This document shows positions 21,273-31,626 of a stretch of DNA of 64,000 nt, piece by piece. How positions within the stretch are numbered: the stretch's first letter is position 1; every line of letters begins with the position of its first letter. Origin of the DNA: Nitrosopumilus sp. GTDB lineage: Archaea > Thermoproteota > Nitrososphaeria > Nitrososphaerales > Nitrosopumilaceae. The stretch is from NCBI GenBank assembly GCA_965214775.1, contig OZ243974.1, forward strand, positions 2,048,001 through 2,112,000, written 5' to 3'. A model generated the notes under the pieces. The model had not been told where the DNA came from. It saw only the letters and a list, made by a program, of their open reading frames with translations, and made no database searches. A program made the translations under genes and the position numbers.

Positions 21273-21851
21273 GTGCCTTTCACGTTCAAGCGGCTATCCA
21301 TCCCGGATGTAGTCCTTGTACAGGCAGAATATTGGCCAGACGAGCGTGGGTTTGTTCTAGAAAGCTTCAATGAATTTGCATTTGCATCTAGCGGCATAAT
21401 GACTAATAGGTTCGTGCAGGACAAATGTTCCCACTCGCGCAGAGGGGTTCTGCGCGGATTGCACTATCAGAAGGATCCGTACGCGCAGGCAAAGCTGGTC
21501 ATGGCAACAAGGGGCGAGATCTTTGACGTTGCAGTAGACATGCGACGGAACTCGCCGACGTATGGCAGGTGGGTGGCAGAGGTGCTCTCTGATCAGAATC
21601 ACAGGATGCTTTATGTGCCGGAGGGATTTGCGCACGGCACTTATGTGCAAAGCGACGTGGCAGACATCGTATACAAGACGAGCCGTGATTACTCACCTGA
21701 GAATGAACGAGGCATCATATGGAACGATCCAGACATAAACGTCAGGTGGCCTACAGGCGACCCGTTACTATCAGAAAAGGATCGGCATCAATCACTCCTG
21801 AGAGATGCTGACAACAACTTTGTTTGGCAGAAGCCAGCTGACCGAAGGTAA
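21273..21851 (+). CDS. rmlC: dTDP-4-dehydrorhamnose 3,5-epimerase
   Basis: DERGFVLES, GVLRGLHYQ, DVAVDMRRNSPTYG and VPEGFAHG motifs. Confidence 0.95.
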   Translation: MPFTFKRLSIPDVVLVQAEYWPDERGFVLESFNEFAFASSGIMTNRFVQDKCSHSRRGVLRGLHYQKDPYAQAKLVMATRGEIFDVAVDMRRNSPTYGRWVAEVLSDQNHRMLYVPEGFAHGTYVQSDVADIVYKTSRDYSPENERGIIWNDPDINVRWPTGDPLLSEKDRHQSLLRDADNNFVWQKPADRR

Positions 21852-22001
21852 ATAGCTTGTTCTCCCTCCAGCTATAGCAACGGGCAGAAGTCTTTGAGTC
21901 AAAGTAGGCCATAACTACACGTAAAAAACCTCAATTATTTCTGCTCGTTGCTATAAGTGAAATGTATAGTGCGGCGTTGTCCGGAATTTTTCCAGAAATC
22001 T

Positions 22002-23247
22002 CAGTAGTTCCGATTGTGGCCTGAAAATAAGGCAAATTGACAGATTTTTATGATCACTTGGATCTATAGGGGGAACTTTTAGCAATTTCTCCATGACAAA
22101 AAGTGCCAGGGCCGCTCAAAAGCCGTACGGACACAGGGAGCGCAAGATGTTCCAGAACGCCGTCTCGGCAGTAGGCATGAAGTTCTCTGACAGACACAAC
22201 GCAATATACGATGAAACGGATGCAGCTGCGCTTCTGGCAACGATGTCCAAGGAGCGCATGTGCGCAGAACAGGCCGCAGAGATACTCCGGGACTCTGCAG
22301 GCCGCAGCCCCGGCGCCGACTGGCTGCTTGGCAAGCTGGGCCAGGTGGACTATGAGACGATGCACAAGAGGGCCGACAAGATCCTGCGCAGGACCGTCAC
22401 AGACTCCATCAAAGGTGGCCTGATTGGAAAATCCCCGATCATAGCCATCGACAAGACCAAGATCCCGCGGTACGACCGCAATCCGGACATGACCCACAAG
22501 ATAAAGTACAGGGGGCCGGGCACCCGCACGGCTGAGGCATACATCACTGCAAGAACAGTAGGACAAAAGCACCAGACGCACCTTGCGTGCCTTCCGGTGA
22601 CCAGGGACGCGTTTAACCCCGAATTCGTGCGTAAATTGCTGCAAACCATCAAGAGAATGCACATCAGGCCGCAGATGGTCCTGATGGACAAGGAGTTTTA
22701 CTCAGTTGACGTACTCAACACGATAAATAATGCAGGATTGCGGTTCATGACTCCTGCAGTATGCACCAAGGGAGTTGAGAGGGCCATACAGGAGCACATA
22801 GACGGGCACAGGGATGCAGTCAGCAAGTATACCATATCCTCTGGCAGCAGCAAGATAAGATGCAACCTGATAATACTGGAAAGGGAGGATAAAAACAAGA
22901 AAAAGTTCCACATCGCCTTTGTCACCAACATGACCAACTGCATGCCGGAGGATTTGTTTGAGCTTCCCGAGGAGTACCGCAAGAGGTGGGGAATAGAGAC
23001 CGGATACCGGGACGTCAAGAGGGCCATGCCGCGCACCTGCAGTCGGAACGATGCCATAAGACTCATACTGTTCTACCTGTCGCTTGGAATGTCTAACATC
23101 TGGATGATCGCAAGATCATGGTGCAAAAAAAAGAAGATCAAGCTCAAGGTGCTGCTTGCCCGGATTATAAGATGGTGTATGAGACCATGGAACAAAAAGC
23201 CCCCCGATCCGGGCTAGGGCAGGCCGGGGTCACAATCGGAACTACTG
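22002..23247 (+). mobile_element. ISH3-family element B
   Basis: TIR CAGTAGTTCCGATTGTG; 5-bp duplication AATCT. Confidence 0.92.
22093..23217 (+). CDS. ISH3-family transposase
   Basis: AIDKTKIPRY, LMDKEFYS and YRKRWGIETGYR motifs. Confidence 0.9.
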   Translation: MTKSARAAQKPYGHRERKMFQNAVSAVGMKFSDRHNAIYDETDAAALLATMSKERMCAEQAAEILRDSAGRSPGADWLLGKLGQVDYETMHKRADKILRRTVTDSIKGGLIGKSPIIAIDKTKIPRYDRNPDMTHKIKYRGPGTRTAEAYITARTVGQKHQTHLACLPVTRDAFNPEFVRKLLQTIKRMHIRPQMVLMDKEFYSVDVLNTINNAGLRFMTPAVCTKGVERAIQEHIDGHRDAVSKYTISSGSSKIRCNLIILEREDKNKKKFHIAFVTNMTNCMPEDLFELPEEYRKRWGIETGYRDVKRAMPRTCSRNDAIRLILFYLSLGMSNIWMIARSWCKKKKIKLKVLLARIIRWCMRPWNKKPPDPG

Positions 23248-23295
23248 AATCTACCGATAAGCTTATAGATCATAAGCGCAGGATGCGACAACCTT

Positions 23296-24327
23296 ATGGA
23301 TCATAGGATCGACGTCCCCGTATCAATGAAATCAAAGACCAACAAGAAGGAATCCAAGAAGGAATCCAAGAAGGAATCCAAGAAGGAATCCAAGAAGGAA
23401 TCCAAGAAGGAATCCAGCAAGACCAGCAAGAAAAAAAAGTCAGAGTACACGAGACCTCCGGAATACTATGCCGAGTACGAGAAAAAAAGGAGAGAGGACA
23501 GCAAGAGGTGCGGCATCGGAATCAAAAAGATCCGCAAGATCCTCCTGTCCCTCCTCCATAACACAGAGCAAGAGGATGAAATTCCCTATCTTCTGTGCGT
23601 ACTCGACATGGAGTACCGCGGAAACTCGTATCGCAGACACGTCGAATACATGGAGTCGAATCCTGGTTCAACTAACATGTACGGGCTCAAAAAGGTTCCG
23701 GCCAAGTCGACACTGCATGATGCAGCCGTAAGGATAGCTGCCTGGGACAAGTCGGTGCTAAGATCGGTACTCTCAGAACAGGCAGGCGCAGACGCCAGGG
23801 GAACGTTGCTTGGCGACTCTAGCGGTTTCTCCATAATGAGATACCACACATGGGAGGACGCAAAGAAGGGCGTCATATCCAGGCAGATGTTTGCCAAGCT
23901 GCACATACTGTTGGCCCCGCACGGCAAGATTGCCGCCTGCGAGGTGACGCCGGGCGAATTCCATGATTCCCCGGTGTTCCGTAACGAGCTGCTACCGCAG
24001 GTTCCCAACGGCACAGGACACGTGATCCTGGATGCCGCATACGACTCGTATGAGAACTGCAGGGTCATAGCCGACGGAGGCAGAACCCCAGTGATATGTC
24101 CGCGTATAGGATATACGGTTCACGGGTTCAACGCCCGCTCCAAGATGCTAAGATGGCACAAAAAGGACCCCGAGGGATTCGAGAAGACGTACCACCAGCG
24201 CAGCCTCGTTGAGTCGGCCTTCTCGTCGATAAAGGCAAGGTTTGACTCCACGGTGCGCGCCATGTCGCTTCCGATGCAGTCGCTCAGGCTTACCCTCAAG
24301 GTATTCTGCTACAATCTGGTCAGCTAG
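23296..24327 (+). CDS. IS5-family DDE transposase
   Basis: GDSSGF, KLHI, DAAYDS and YHQRSLVESAFSSIK motifs. Confidence 0.9.
   Translation: MDHRIDVPVSMKSKTNKKESKKESKKESKKESKKESKKESSKTSKKKKSEYTRPPEYYAEYEKKRREDSKRCGIGIKKIRKILLSLLHNTEQEDEIPYLLCVLDMEYRGNSYRRHVEYMESNPGSTNMYGLKKVPAKSTLHDAAVRIAAWDKSVLRSVLSEQAGADARGTLLGDSSGFSIMRYHTWEDAKKGVISRQMFAKLHILLAPHGKIAACEVTPGEFHDSPVFRNELLPQVPNGTGHVILDAAYDSYENCRVIADGGRTPVICPRIGYTVHGFNARSKMLRWHKKDPEGFEKTYHQRSLVESAFSSIKARFDSTVRAMSLPMQSLRLTLKVFCYNLVS
23344..23415 (+). repeat. 12-bp tandem repeat AAGAAGGAATCC x6 (KKES)
   Basis: Read directly from the sequence. Confidence 0.97.
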
Positions 24328-24670
24328 GATCCATAATGCCGGTACGGTGGAATCGTCCGGCTAGCGGATGCTATGCAGTATGACGTCAAAACACGGGCCA
24401 TAACTGCACAATGCGGGCCGGAGTGCGGATTCGTCTCTATGTTTGCAGTCATTGCGCCATGATTTTGTACAAATCTCCCCGGAAATCACGTCCTAAAATC
24501 ACGATTCCGGACAACGCCGTATAGTGCGCACAGTTGAAATCCGAACACTTTCTATCGAAATAGACACGATATATCAAAATTAGTCCGTTTTTTTATAAGT
24601 TGACTACAGCTTTGTCATGACAGGGTACCTGCGTCCCACATTCCATACGTATCGCCTCCCACAGCCAGCT

Positions 24671-26082
24671 AGTTTGTTGCATAACCCTTCCTAAAATTTG
24701 AAATCTGACCGAAAATCACCAAAATGATCAACTAATTCTGACCGAAAAAGTAATGGATCATGAGGATGCCTCGTATGGTATACATTGGCACACACGGACA
24801 ATGCAAAGTACGTAGAGAGAGGGGCAGGCCTGGTCGTCAAGTACGACCCCGGCTGGGAGAAGGATCTCAAGGTTGCCAACCGCCACAAGGAGGGCGCCCC
24901 GTTCCTGTACGCCGAAGGCATGATAATGGCCGCAGCCGCCCTCAGGACCGCATTCATGATAAAATACAGGCAGCTGTCAGGCATGTTCGAGGAGATGCTA
25001 AAGGGTGCGGACTCGCCGTGTTACACCACGATATTCAGAAGGATGCAGAAGCTTGACGTCGACATTGCAGAGAACATAATTACGGTGCGCGACAAGACCT
25101 GTAACCTGGTCATGATAGCTGACGCCACGGGCCTCAAGCAGCACAACCGGGGCGAGTGGATACGCAAGAAATGGAAGGTAAGGCGAGGATTCGTCAAGAT
25201 GCACCTGATGGTTGATGCAGACACCAAGCAGGTGCTTGCAGTATCTGTCACAAGTGATGCAGTAGGCGACAGCACGGAACTGCCGGCACTGCTTGAGGAG
25301 GCGGCCAAGAACATCAAGAAGGAAGAGGAAGAAGAGGAGCAGAACCGCACCGACAGCGCGGATGCAGTCAAGAACATCAAGAAGGAAGAGGAGCAGAACC
25401 GCACCGACAGCGCGGATGCAGTCAAGAACATCAAGAAGGAAGAGGAAGAAGAGGAGCAGAACCGCACCGACAGCGCGGATGCAGTCAAGAACATCAAGAA
25501 GGAAGAGGAGCAGAACCGCACCGACAGCGCGGATGCAGTCAAGATCCCCAACATGCTTGCAGACGGGACATCGCCGCTGGCTGTACTCGGCACCGGCGCG
25601 AATCCAGATATACCGGGAAAGATCCTGCCTGCAGACGGCGCATACGGCTCAAGGAAAAACGTAGCCGAGTGCCACAAACGCGGCATAAAACCGCTCATAC
25701 GGCTTTTGACAAGTTGCAATGCAAAGGGCAAGGGCACCGGCGACAAGTGGGGCCGGCTGGTGCGATGGCAGCTCGGGGGCGGCCCCGAGGTGCCGGTGGG
25801 TGATCTCTCAAAGGAGGAAAGACAGGAGAACCTGCGGTACTGGAAGAGCACGGTCGGCTTTGGCAGCAGATGGATCGTCGAGATCGTGATATCGGCCATA
25901 AAGCGTATGTTCGGCGAGGGCGTAATGGCCCTCAAGTGGTCCAATATAGTGCAGGAAGTAAATCTGAGGATATGGCTGTACAACAAGTGGATCGCAGAGG
26001 CGGTGGCTGCCGTGTAGGGACCGGGCGCCGGTCATGATCCAGGCGGACTAACTTGGCTCTAGTCGGAGTTATGCAACAAACT
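24671..26082 (+). mobile_element. IS903-like element, copy 2 (intact)
   Basis: Perfect 15-bp TIR; flanking direct repeat ACAGCCAGCT. Confidence 0.93.
24785..26017 (+). CDS. IS903-like transposase with 4 internal 18/21-aa repeats
   Basis: Complete DDE motifs. Start codon uncertain. Confidence 0.88.
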   Translation: MAHTDNAKYVERGAGLVVKYDPGWEKDLKVANRHKEGAPFLYAEGMIMAAAALRTAFMIKYRQLSGMFEEMLKGADSPCYTTIFRRMQKLDVDIAENIITVRDKTCNLVMIADATGLKQHNRGEWIRKKWKVRRGFVKMHLMVDADTKQVLAVSVTSDAVGDSTELPALLEEAAKNIKKEEEEEEQNRTDSADAVKNIKKEEEQNRTDSADAVKNIKKEEEEEEQNRTDSADAVKNIKKEEEQNRTDSADAVKIPNMLADGTSPLAVLGTGANPDIPGKILPADGAYGSRKNVAECHKRGIKPLIRLLTSCNAKGKGTGDKWGRLVRWQLGGGPEVPVGDLSKEERQENLRYWKSTVGFGSRWIVEIVISAIKRMFGEGVMALKWSNIVQEVNLRIWLYNKWIAEAVAAV

Positions 26083-26162
26083 ACAGCCAGCTCGTGGTTT
26101 ATATAGTGAAATGATTTTCGGATGCTAGAGGTTCAAGCTAGTGTGCGGTACGGCAAGCAGAA

Positions 26163-26874
26163 ATGAGCGATTACAAAAAAAAAAACAATCCTTGGTAAAC
26201 TAAAGTACCATTGCAAAAAGTGCGTCCTTACCACCATCCCGGGGTCACGTTCGGTTCATTTGTTCTTGCATACGAAACTACTACGTGGGTATCTTCCTTC
26301 TAACGCAACAGTCGCACAGGTAAAGTCGACAATACCGGATTTATTCGAAGGCAAATATTCCAGCGTCCTGTACATAGGTGCGAGTTACCTGAGACAACAC
26401 TTTCTGGACGACTTTGTACGCATGTATGATCGTGTCGTAGTGCTTGAGATCGATAAGAAAAACGCAGAATATGTCAGGCAGAAATTCGACCTGCCGGGAG
26501 TTACCGTGGTATGCGGTGACGTACGCAATACAGCGGACTTGATGGACGGAGAGGGAATGGGGGGGCGGCGGCGGTTCGATGCATGCTTCTTTTACCACGG
26601 TTTGGAACACCTGCCCAAGGAGGATGTCGCTGATGTGCTAAACACGCTTGAATCCATAACAGATCATATAATCGTGCTTGGAATGCCATACGGCCATTAT
26701 GAGCAGGATTCTGAATACGGGAACGTATACGAAAGACACCTTTGGGACATCTATCCGGACGACATGCACCGGCTGGGATATCGAACCTACACGATAGGGG
26801 ACGTAGACGACACCTCATCAAACATGATTGCTTGGAAGCACACCGGTAAGAAGACCTCTGGACTCAAAAAGTAG
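26163..26874 (+). CDS. Class I SAM methyltransferase-like protein, with its 5' end frameshifted at an A11 run
   Basis: VLYIGA, VVVLEID, VCGDV, FDACF and LEHL motifs. The ATG at 26163 is in frame only if the run is A10. Confidence 0.7.
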
Positions 26875-26879
26875 CCTGA

Positions 26880-27133
26880 TGACGGTGTGGATCCCGTGCT
26901 TTCCTTTGTATAAGACATTCCATATAACACACTCCCCCTTTTTGATCAAAGTGTGTGCGCCCAACTGAACGGAAAACTCCCATTCGCCCTCGATTATGTG
27001 GCATTTCGTCGTCCGCCTGCTCTGAGCCAGTCTCATACACGCCCTCATATGTGGCAAGGTTACTTCGGCTCCTGGGCCCAACACGGATAATATGGCGTCC
27101 GCTACGGATAAGATTTGATATAACGTCTCATAC
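26880..27133 (-). mobile_element. Internally deleted IS110 derivative retaining an approximately 200-nt non-coding leader
   Basis: Homologous to 29961-30159, which lies upstream of an IS110 ORF fragment. Confidence 0.65.
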
Positions 27134-27140
27134 GTTTTTT

Positions 27141-28226
27141 ATGTGTGATAGCCACCAAAATGTCACGTTGAGACTGTTGTGCGTCTGCCAGGAATCAAAA
27201 TTACTTCCTGAACGGGAGATCATCGAAAACCTAGGGGAATACTCGATAGCGTGGAAGATCGTCGGCACGAGTCAGTTCCTTGAAAAGGGCGTCAGAAGAC
27301 TGCCCATACTAAACAGAACAAAAAAGAAAAAATTCGAAAGGCTGCTAGATGAGTTCAACCCCGATTTTGTCATGCTGGACAGTCCAAGCGAGCTGGGGCC
27401 TATTGCAGCCGGCAAAAAAATACCGGTGCTGGTGTATTTCTGGGACAACTGGTCGTACCGGGAAATGGAAAGGGACAAGATGGTTTATCGCAGCATGTAT
27501 CATGCCGTACGGGCCCGCGTGATGAATCCCTGCCTGAAAAGGGCCTCCGTCATACTTGCCGAGACTGACTCCGTAGCCGATACCATAAGGGAGCACCATC
27601 CCCGAAGCAGCGTGACGACGTTCCCCTATTCCAGCATAGATACGGACTATTGGAGCGGCGACGGGCGCAATGGCAGGGGCATGGCGCTGAGACATCCGTG
27701 CGTGGGCCTGTTGCAGCATGCCAACGAGTGGTTCAAGGCAAAGGAGATGCTCATCCTGCCCCGGGTCGTCGAGGCGCTCCCACACGTAACATTCTACTGG
27801 GCCGGCGACGGGCGGTACCGCGACAGGATACTGGGGCCGCTGGCCGGATACGACAACTTTGAGTGGCTGGGGGCACTCGAATACCCCGACAGGGTCAGGG
27901 ACTATCTCTCCTCGATCGACATATACGGCCTTGCCAGCGCCATCGAAATGTCGCCGTACTCGCTAAAACAGGCCATGTCCATGGGCGTGCCGGCGATCGT
28001 CACAGATAGTGACTACATATCAGCAACGATGCTGGACGGTAAGACGGGGTTTCTGGTCAGACGGGGGGATCATGAGGGATGGATAGAAAGGATCTTGCTG
28101 CTGCTAGGTGACGTAGAGAGGGCGCAGGAGGTGGGGAGGCAGGGGCGCAGGTTTGTACGGGACAGCTGGGACAGCAGGCTGGCAGCAGAAAAGCTTGTCG
28201 CCATCCTCAAAAGCGTCAGGTCGTAA
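27141..28226 (+). CDS. GT4 glycosyltransferase; its last codon was replaced by the IS66 end
   Basis: PDFV, WAGDG, EMSPYSLKQAMSMGVP and GKTGFLV motifs. Confidence 0.85.
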   Translation: MCDSHQNVTLRLLCVCQESKLLPEREIIENLGEYSIAWKIVGTSQFLEKGVRRLPILNRTKKKKFERLLDEFNPDFVMLDSPSELGPIAAGKKIPVLVYFWDNWSYREMERDKMVYRSMYHAVRARVMNPCLKRASVILAETDSVADTIREHHPRSSVTTFPYSSIDTDYWSGDGRNGRGMALRHPCVGLLQHANEWFKAKEMLILPRVVEALPHVTFYWAGDGRYRDRILGPLAGYDNFEWLGALEYPDRVRDYLSSIDIYGLASAIEMSPYSLKQAMSMGVPAIVTDSDYISATMLDGKTGFLVRRGDHEGWIERILLLLGDVERAQEVGRQGRRFVRDSWDSRLAAEKLVAILKSVRS

Positions 28227-29774
28227 GAGTTTACCCCTCAGGCGACGTTTCCAGTCAGGGTCTTGGCGACCATCTCACTCACGTTACACCCCTGGGCGCG
28301 CCAGTTCATCGTACACGTCATCAGTACGGTGAACATCTCCATGCCCTCCATGGTACGGAGTCCCTGGAATATCTTGCGCGCAATTACGGACGGCCTCAGC
28401 ATGCGCTCGGCCAGGTTGTTGGTGGGCTCCATGCCCGGATACAGCACGAACGTGTACAGGTATTCTGAGGCATTCTCAAGCTTTGTGGCAAATTTTTTGC
28501 AACCTGCCTCCCTGAATGCTACGGCCAGCGCGCGTGTCTCGACTACCAGCATGTCGTGTTGTTGCTGCCTGACACCGTTCTTCTTCTACTCCGGTGGTGG
28601 TGGCCCCAGCCCCTTGGCAAAAAGAAATTTTTTCTTGAGGGCATCATACAGCGCGTGGGCCTGCCGGGAAGTCTTGCCGGCGTCCTTGGCCTCCCGGAGT
28701 ATGTGTGCCCAGCACCACTGCCTGATCTTGAATACGACATATACGCCGTACCCATCAACTGTAACTGGTTTATCATAATACGGAAAGTTCGTATCCACTA
28801 CGACCCTGGCCCTGCTGGGTGCGGCCAGCGTGTGGACGCCGGTCGTAGAGCCGTCCTTGTTCTTGCCCACTATCACCCATATGCGGGCCGTCCTGCCGTT
28901 GTATGGCATGGCAGTCTCGTCAATGTGCAGATAATCAGAATCCCGGATGGCCTGCTTGATGCCCTCTACGCTGGGCTTTATTGCCTTGGTGCAGGCCCTC
29001 AGGCACTGCAACACGCCTGCCTCTGAGACATCCATGTCCAGGATCTCAGAGCACATTGTGGCCGTTGCCTGTATGGAGGCAGGTGCCATGTGCATTGAGG
29101 TTATCATTCCCGTAATGTTTGGTCCAAACTCGGTTCCCTGCACGTTCCAGTCCCTGTCATCCTCGATTGACACGTGGCCGCAGTCGGCGCATTCGCGTTT
29201 GTATGCGGTGTACTGCTCTGTCGTGACCGGTTTGGGCTTCTTGGGGATCTCAGTCACGGTCTTTGAGAACATCCTTTCGGGCTTTTTCATGTTGGTGCTG
29301 TTGCACTTGTCGCACTTTTTGGGGCAGTGCTTTACAAACTCAGTTGGTTTTCTCTTGTGTGATACTCCCTTGTGTCCCGATTTGCGGCCCGGCTTTGCCT
29401 TTGCAGATGCCGGTACGTTGCCTGATGCCTTTGCAGCAGCAGTCTTTTTCTGTCTGGTAGGAATCGAGTTCTGCGAGGATGGGGTGTGCGGGTTCTCGTA
29501 ATATTTGATGTGCTATTTGAGCTGCTGGATTTCTGCCGTCAGCAGCACGACCTGTGTTGCAAGCTCGGCCTTCTCTGTGGCATCCTTGACTACTACCTGC
29601 TGCAGATCGGCGATGGTTTTGTCCTTCTTTCGGCACTCGGCTATGAGACGTGCAATCTCGTCGCGCAGTATCTTGACCTCCGAGCCTGATGACATGCATT
29701 TTCCTAGGTACTGCTATCTTATAGATCGGGTGGTCAGGAAGAATTCACCAAATAGGTAAGGGGTAAACTCTTAC
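28223..29774 (-). mobile_element. IS66 element, copy 2, with a pseudogenised transposase
   Basis: Same TIRs as copy 1; the ORF is broken into several fragments. Confidence 0.92.
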
Positions 29775-30159
29775 GTTCCACGTTGCCTCGCAGACTGTCT
29801 GGATCTTGCGTAGTGCATGTTCCCCTTTGATCTGCCCGGCAGACTTTCTTGCTGCATCGGCCGTGTTGGAAAACTCTATCTGTCCCAGAATCTTTGCGGA
29901 ATGGTTCTTGATGGCTGCTGTACGCGTCTTTTTATGAACGCCTATTCCCATGCTGATCATTGTATCGCCTCCTTTTTGATCAAAGTGTGTGTGCCCAACT
30001 GAACAGAAAACTTCCACCCACCCCTAGCATTTCGTTGTCCCCTCCCACTCTCAACCAGTCTCTTACATGCCCTCATATATGGCAGAAGTACTTGTTCCTG
30101 GGCCCAGCATGGATAATATGGCGTCCGCTATGGATAAGATTTGATATAACGTCTCGTAC
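29775..30159 (-). pseudogene. IS110 transposase N-terminal fragment (ATG at 29960) plus non-coding leader, truncated by IS66
   Basis: MISMGIGVHKK...VCEATWNV resembles IS110 GIDVHK...ExTG. A GGAGG ribosome-binding site lies upstream. Confidence 0.75.
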
Positions 30160-30262
30160 AGCAAGTGATCGAAAAAGCTAAAAAGAGGCAAATCCACCTA
30201 GACTTGATGAAAGATTTTAGCTGTTGCTGGAAATTTTTCACTATTGGAGGCTTACAATAAAA

Positions 30263-30724
30263 TTGAAAGCATCCAAAGTGATTAAGACAAAGAGCATATA
30301 CAAACCAAAGGAGTATGGTGATGGTCTAAGAGTCCTAATAACGAGGTACTACCCCAGAGGCGTCAAAAAAACCCATTTTGATAGATGGATGAGGGATCTT
30401 GCGCCTAGCCAAGAACTGTTACGCAGATACAAAAACGAACAAATCCATTGGGAGGATTTTATACCATCATTCAAACTTGAATTGCAAGAAAATCAAAACA
30501 GTATCAATTTAATAAAATCATTGAAGGCCAAATCAAACTATTCCCACGTAACCTTGCTGTGCTATGAACCGGAAGGCACACCATGTCACAGGCACCTGCT
30601 AAAAGAGATCATTAGGAATCCGAACCTTCTAAATGTTGATTTTGTGCCGGAATATGCTGATTATCATAAAGGAGGAGCGATGAAGAAACATGTTGCCCAC
30701 AAGGAAGCTTGTATCGTATCCTGA
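30263..30724 (+). CDS. DUF488/YeaO-family protein
   Basis: DGLRVLITRYYPRGVKK, LAPS and TLLCYE..CHRHLL motifs. Start codon uncertain. Confidence 0.85.
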   Translation: MKASKVIKTKSIYKPKEYGDGLRVLITRYYPRGVKKTHFDRWMRDLAPSQELLRRYKNEQIHWEDFIPSFKLELQENQNSINLIKSLKAKSNYSHVTLLCYEPEGTPCHRHLLKEIIRNPNLLNVDFVPEYADYHKGGAMKKHVAHKEACIVS

Positions 30725-31372
30725 TTCGCCAATGTGGAGGTTTTTCCACACTTGCTCAATTTTGTCGGGATTTTTTCTAATCCATTCGTAAACTCCCCAC
30801 TCCAAAATCTGCTGATCATGAGGATTTTTTGATTTGCAGCCAGAGCATCGATAGGTCATTCTTGGTTGTACATCATAGTTGTGAATCGTTAGAAATGGCT
30901 CCTGAGAAAAGAGTGTAGTTTGTACATTGCGTTCGTGTTTTTTTCTTTTTTCAAAACGCTGTTGGAATTCACGAGGCTTTATGAATCCCAGACTTGATCT
31001 CTCATCGTTTAGATCTTGTATACACTCAACGCCATATTTTTTGTGCATGTCATTTAACAATGCTATCCATTTTGATCTTGATAATGTTTCATGATCAGTT
31101 ATTTTGAATCGTAGTTTACCCCATTCTGATTTTGACCCCTGCATTTTCCAACTTTCATTTCTAGTATCCTGTGGATTTCTCTCCAATGGGACTTCCACCA
31201 CGTGCCATCTTTTCATAGGGGTGTCCGGTGGTACTGGGTAAACCCTTATCAAGCCATATTTTGGCGAATAGCCCGCAGTACAAACAGTTTTCCTGTTATC
31301 ACTTATTTCGTCAGGTGCTGCACTGCCTAACACAATGAGATCATCGATTTTTATTTTCTCTACATCAGACAT
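30629..31372 (-). CDS. Conserved hypothetical protein of a type commonly linked to DUF488 (possible OB-fold)
   Basis: TVCTAG..IRVYPVP, D.RNESW, SLGFIKP, CxxC..H and FLVGN motifs. Confidence 0.7.
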   Translation of the reverse strand: MSDVEKIKIDDLIVLGSAAPDEISDNRKTVCTAGYSPKYGLIRVYPVPPDTPMKRWHVVEVPLERNPQDTRNESWKMQGSKSEWGKLRFKITDHETLSRSKWIALLNDMHKKYGVECIQDLNDERSSLGFIKPREFQQRFEKRKKHERNVQTTLFSQEPFLTIHNYDVQPRMTYRCSGCKSKNPHDQQILEWGVYEWIRKNPDKIEQVWKNLHIGESGYDTSFLVGNMFLHRSSFMIISIFRHKINI

Positions 31373-31457
31373 GCTGTCTACTCACCAATTCCTTGTCTTT
31401 CGTAGCAACGCCTGCCGTAATAGGTTTTGTTGTTGATCCATAAAGTTGATTCAAAAT

Positions 31458-31548
31458 GTACGAGTTTACCCCTTAGGCGACACTACTGACTGGAGTCTTC
31501 ATGATCACGCCTGCCACGCCGTATGTCAGGTGAGGGGTAAACTCGTAC
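31458..31548. mobile_element. IS66-type MITE (91 bp), the right boundary of a composite transposon
   Basis: TIR GTACGAGTTTACCCCT; followed by GTCAGGTC, which matches 28215-28222. Confidence 0.88.
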
Positions 31549-31559
31549 GTCAGGTCAAA

Positions 31560-31626
31560 ATGAGCGAATCCGAAGGGAACCAGATCAGGGTGGCCTTTGT
31601 CTACAAGCCGTCGTGGAGGTACTATG
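31560..31626 (+). pseudogene. N-terminal stub of the next glycan-locus gene (MSESEGNQIRVAFVYKPSWRYY)
   Basis: Overlaps (ATGA) the reconstituted GT4 stop codon; GT-like IRVAFV start; cut by an IS5 TIR. Confidence 0.55.

Larger units (their letters stand above)
21973..24518 (+). mobile_element. IS5-family element with a nested ISH3
   Basis: TIR GGCGTTGTCCGGAAT; 9-bp duplication GTATAGTGC. Confidence 0.9.

Noticed and set aside
24560-24606. IS630-2-like left end (TTTTATAAGTTGACTA)
   Set aside because: An isolated, degenerate end with no partner identified, followed by CA rather than CG. It was not used as evidence, though it is a mild caution for the CG model.
26955-27140. N-terminal extension of the 423-aa GT4 ORF
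   Set aside because: Chance readthrough of the IS110 leader; the ATG at 27141 is more plausible.
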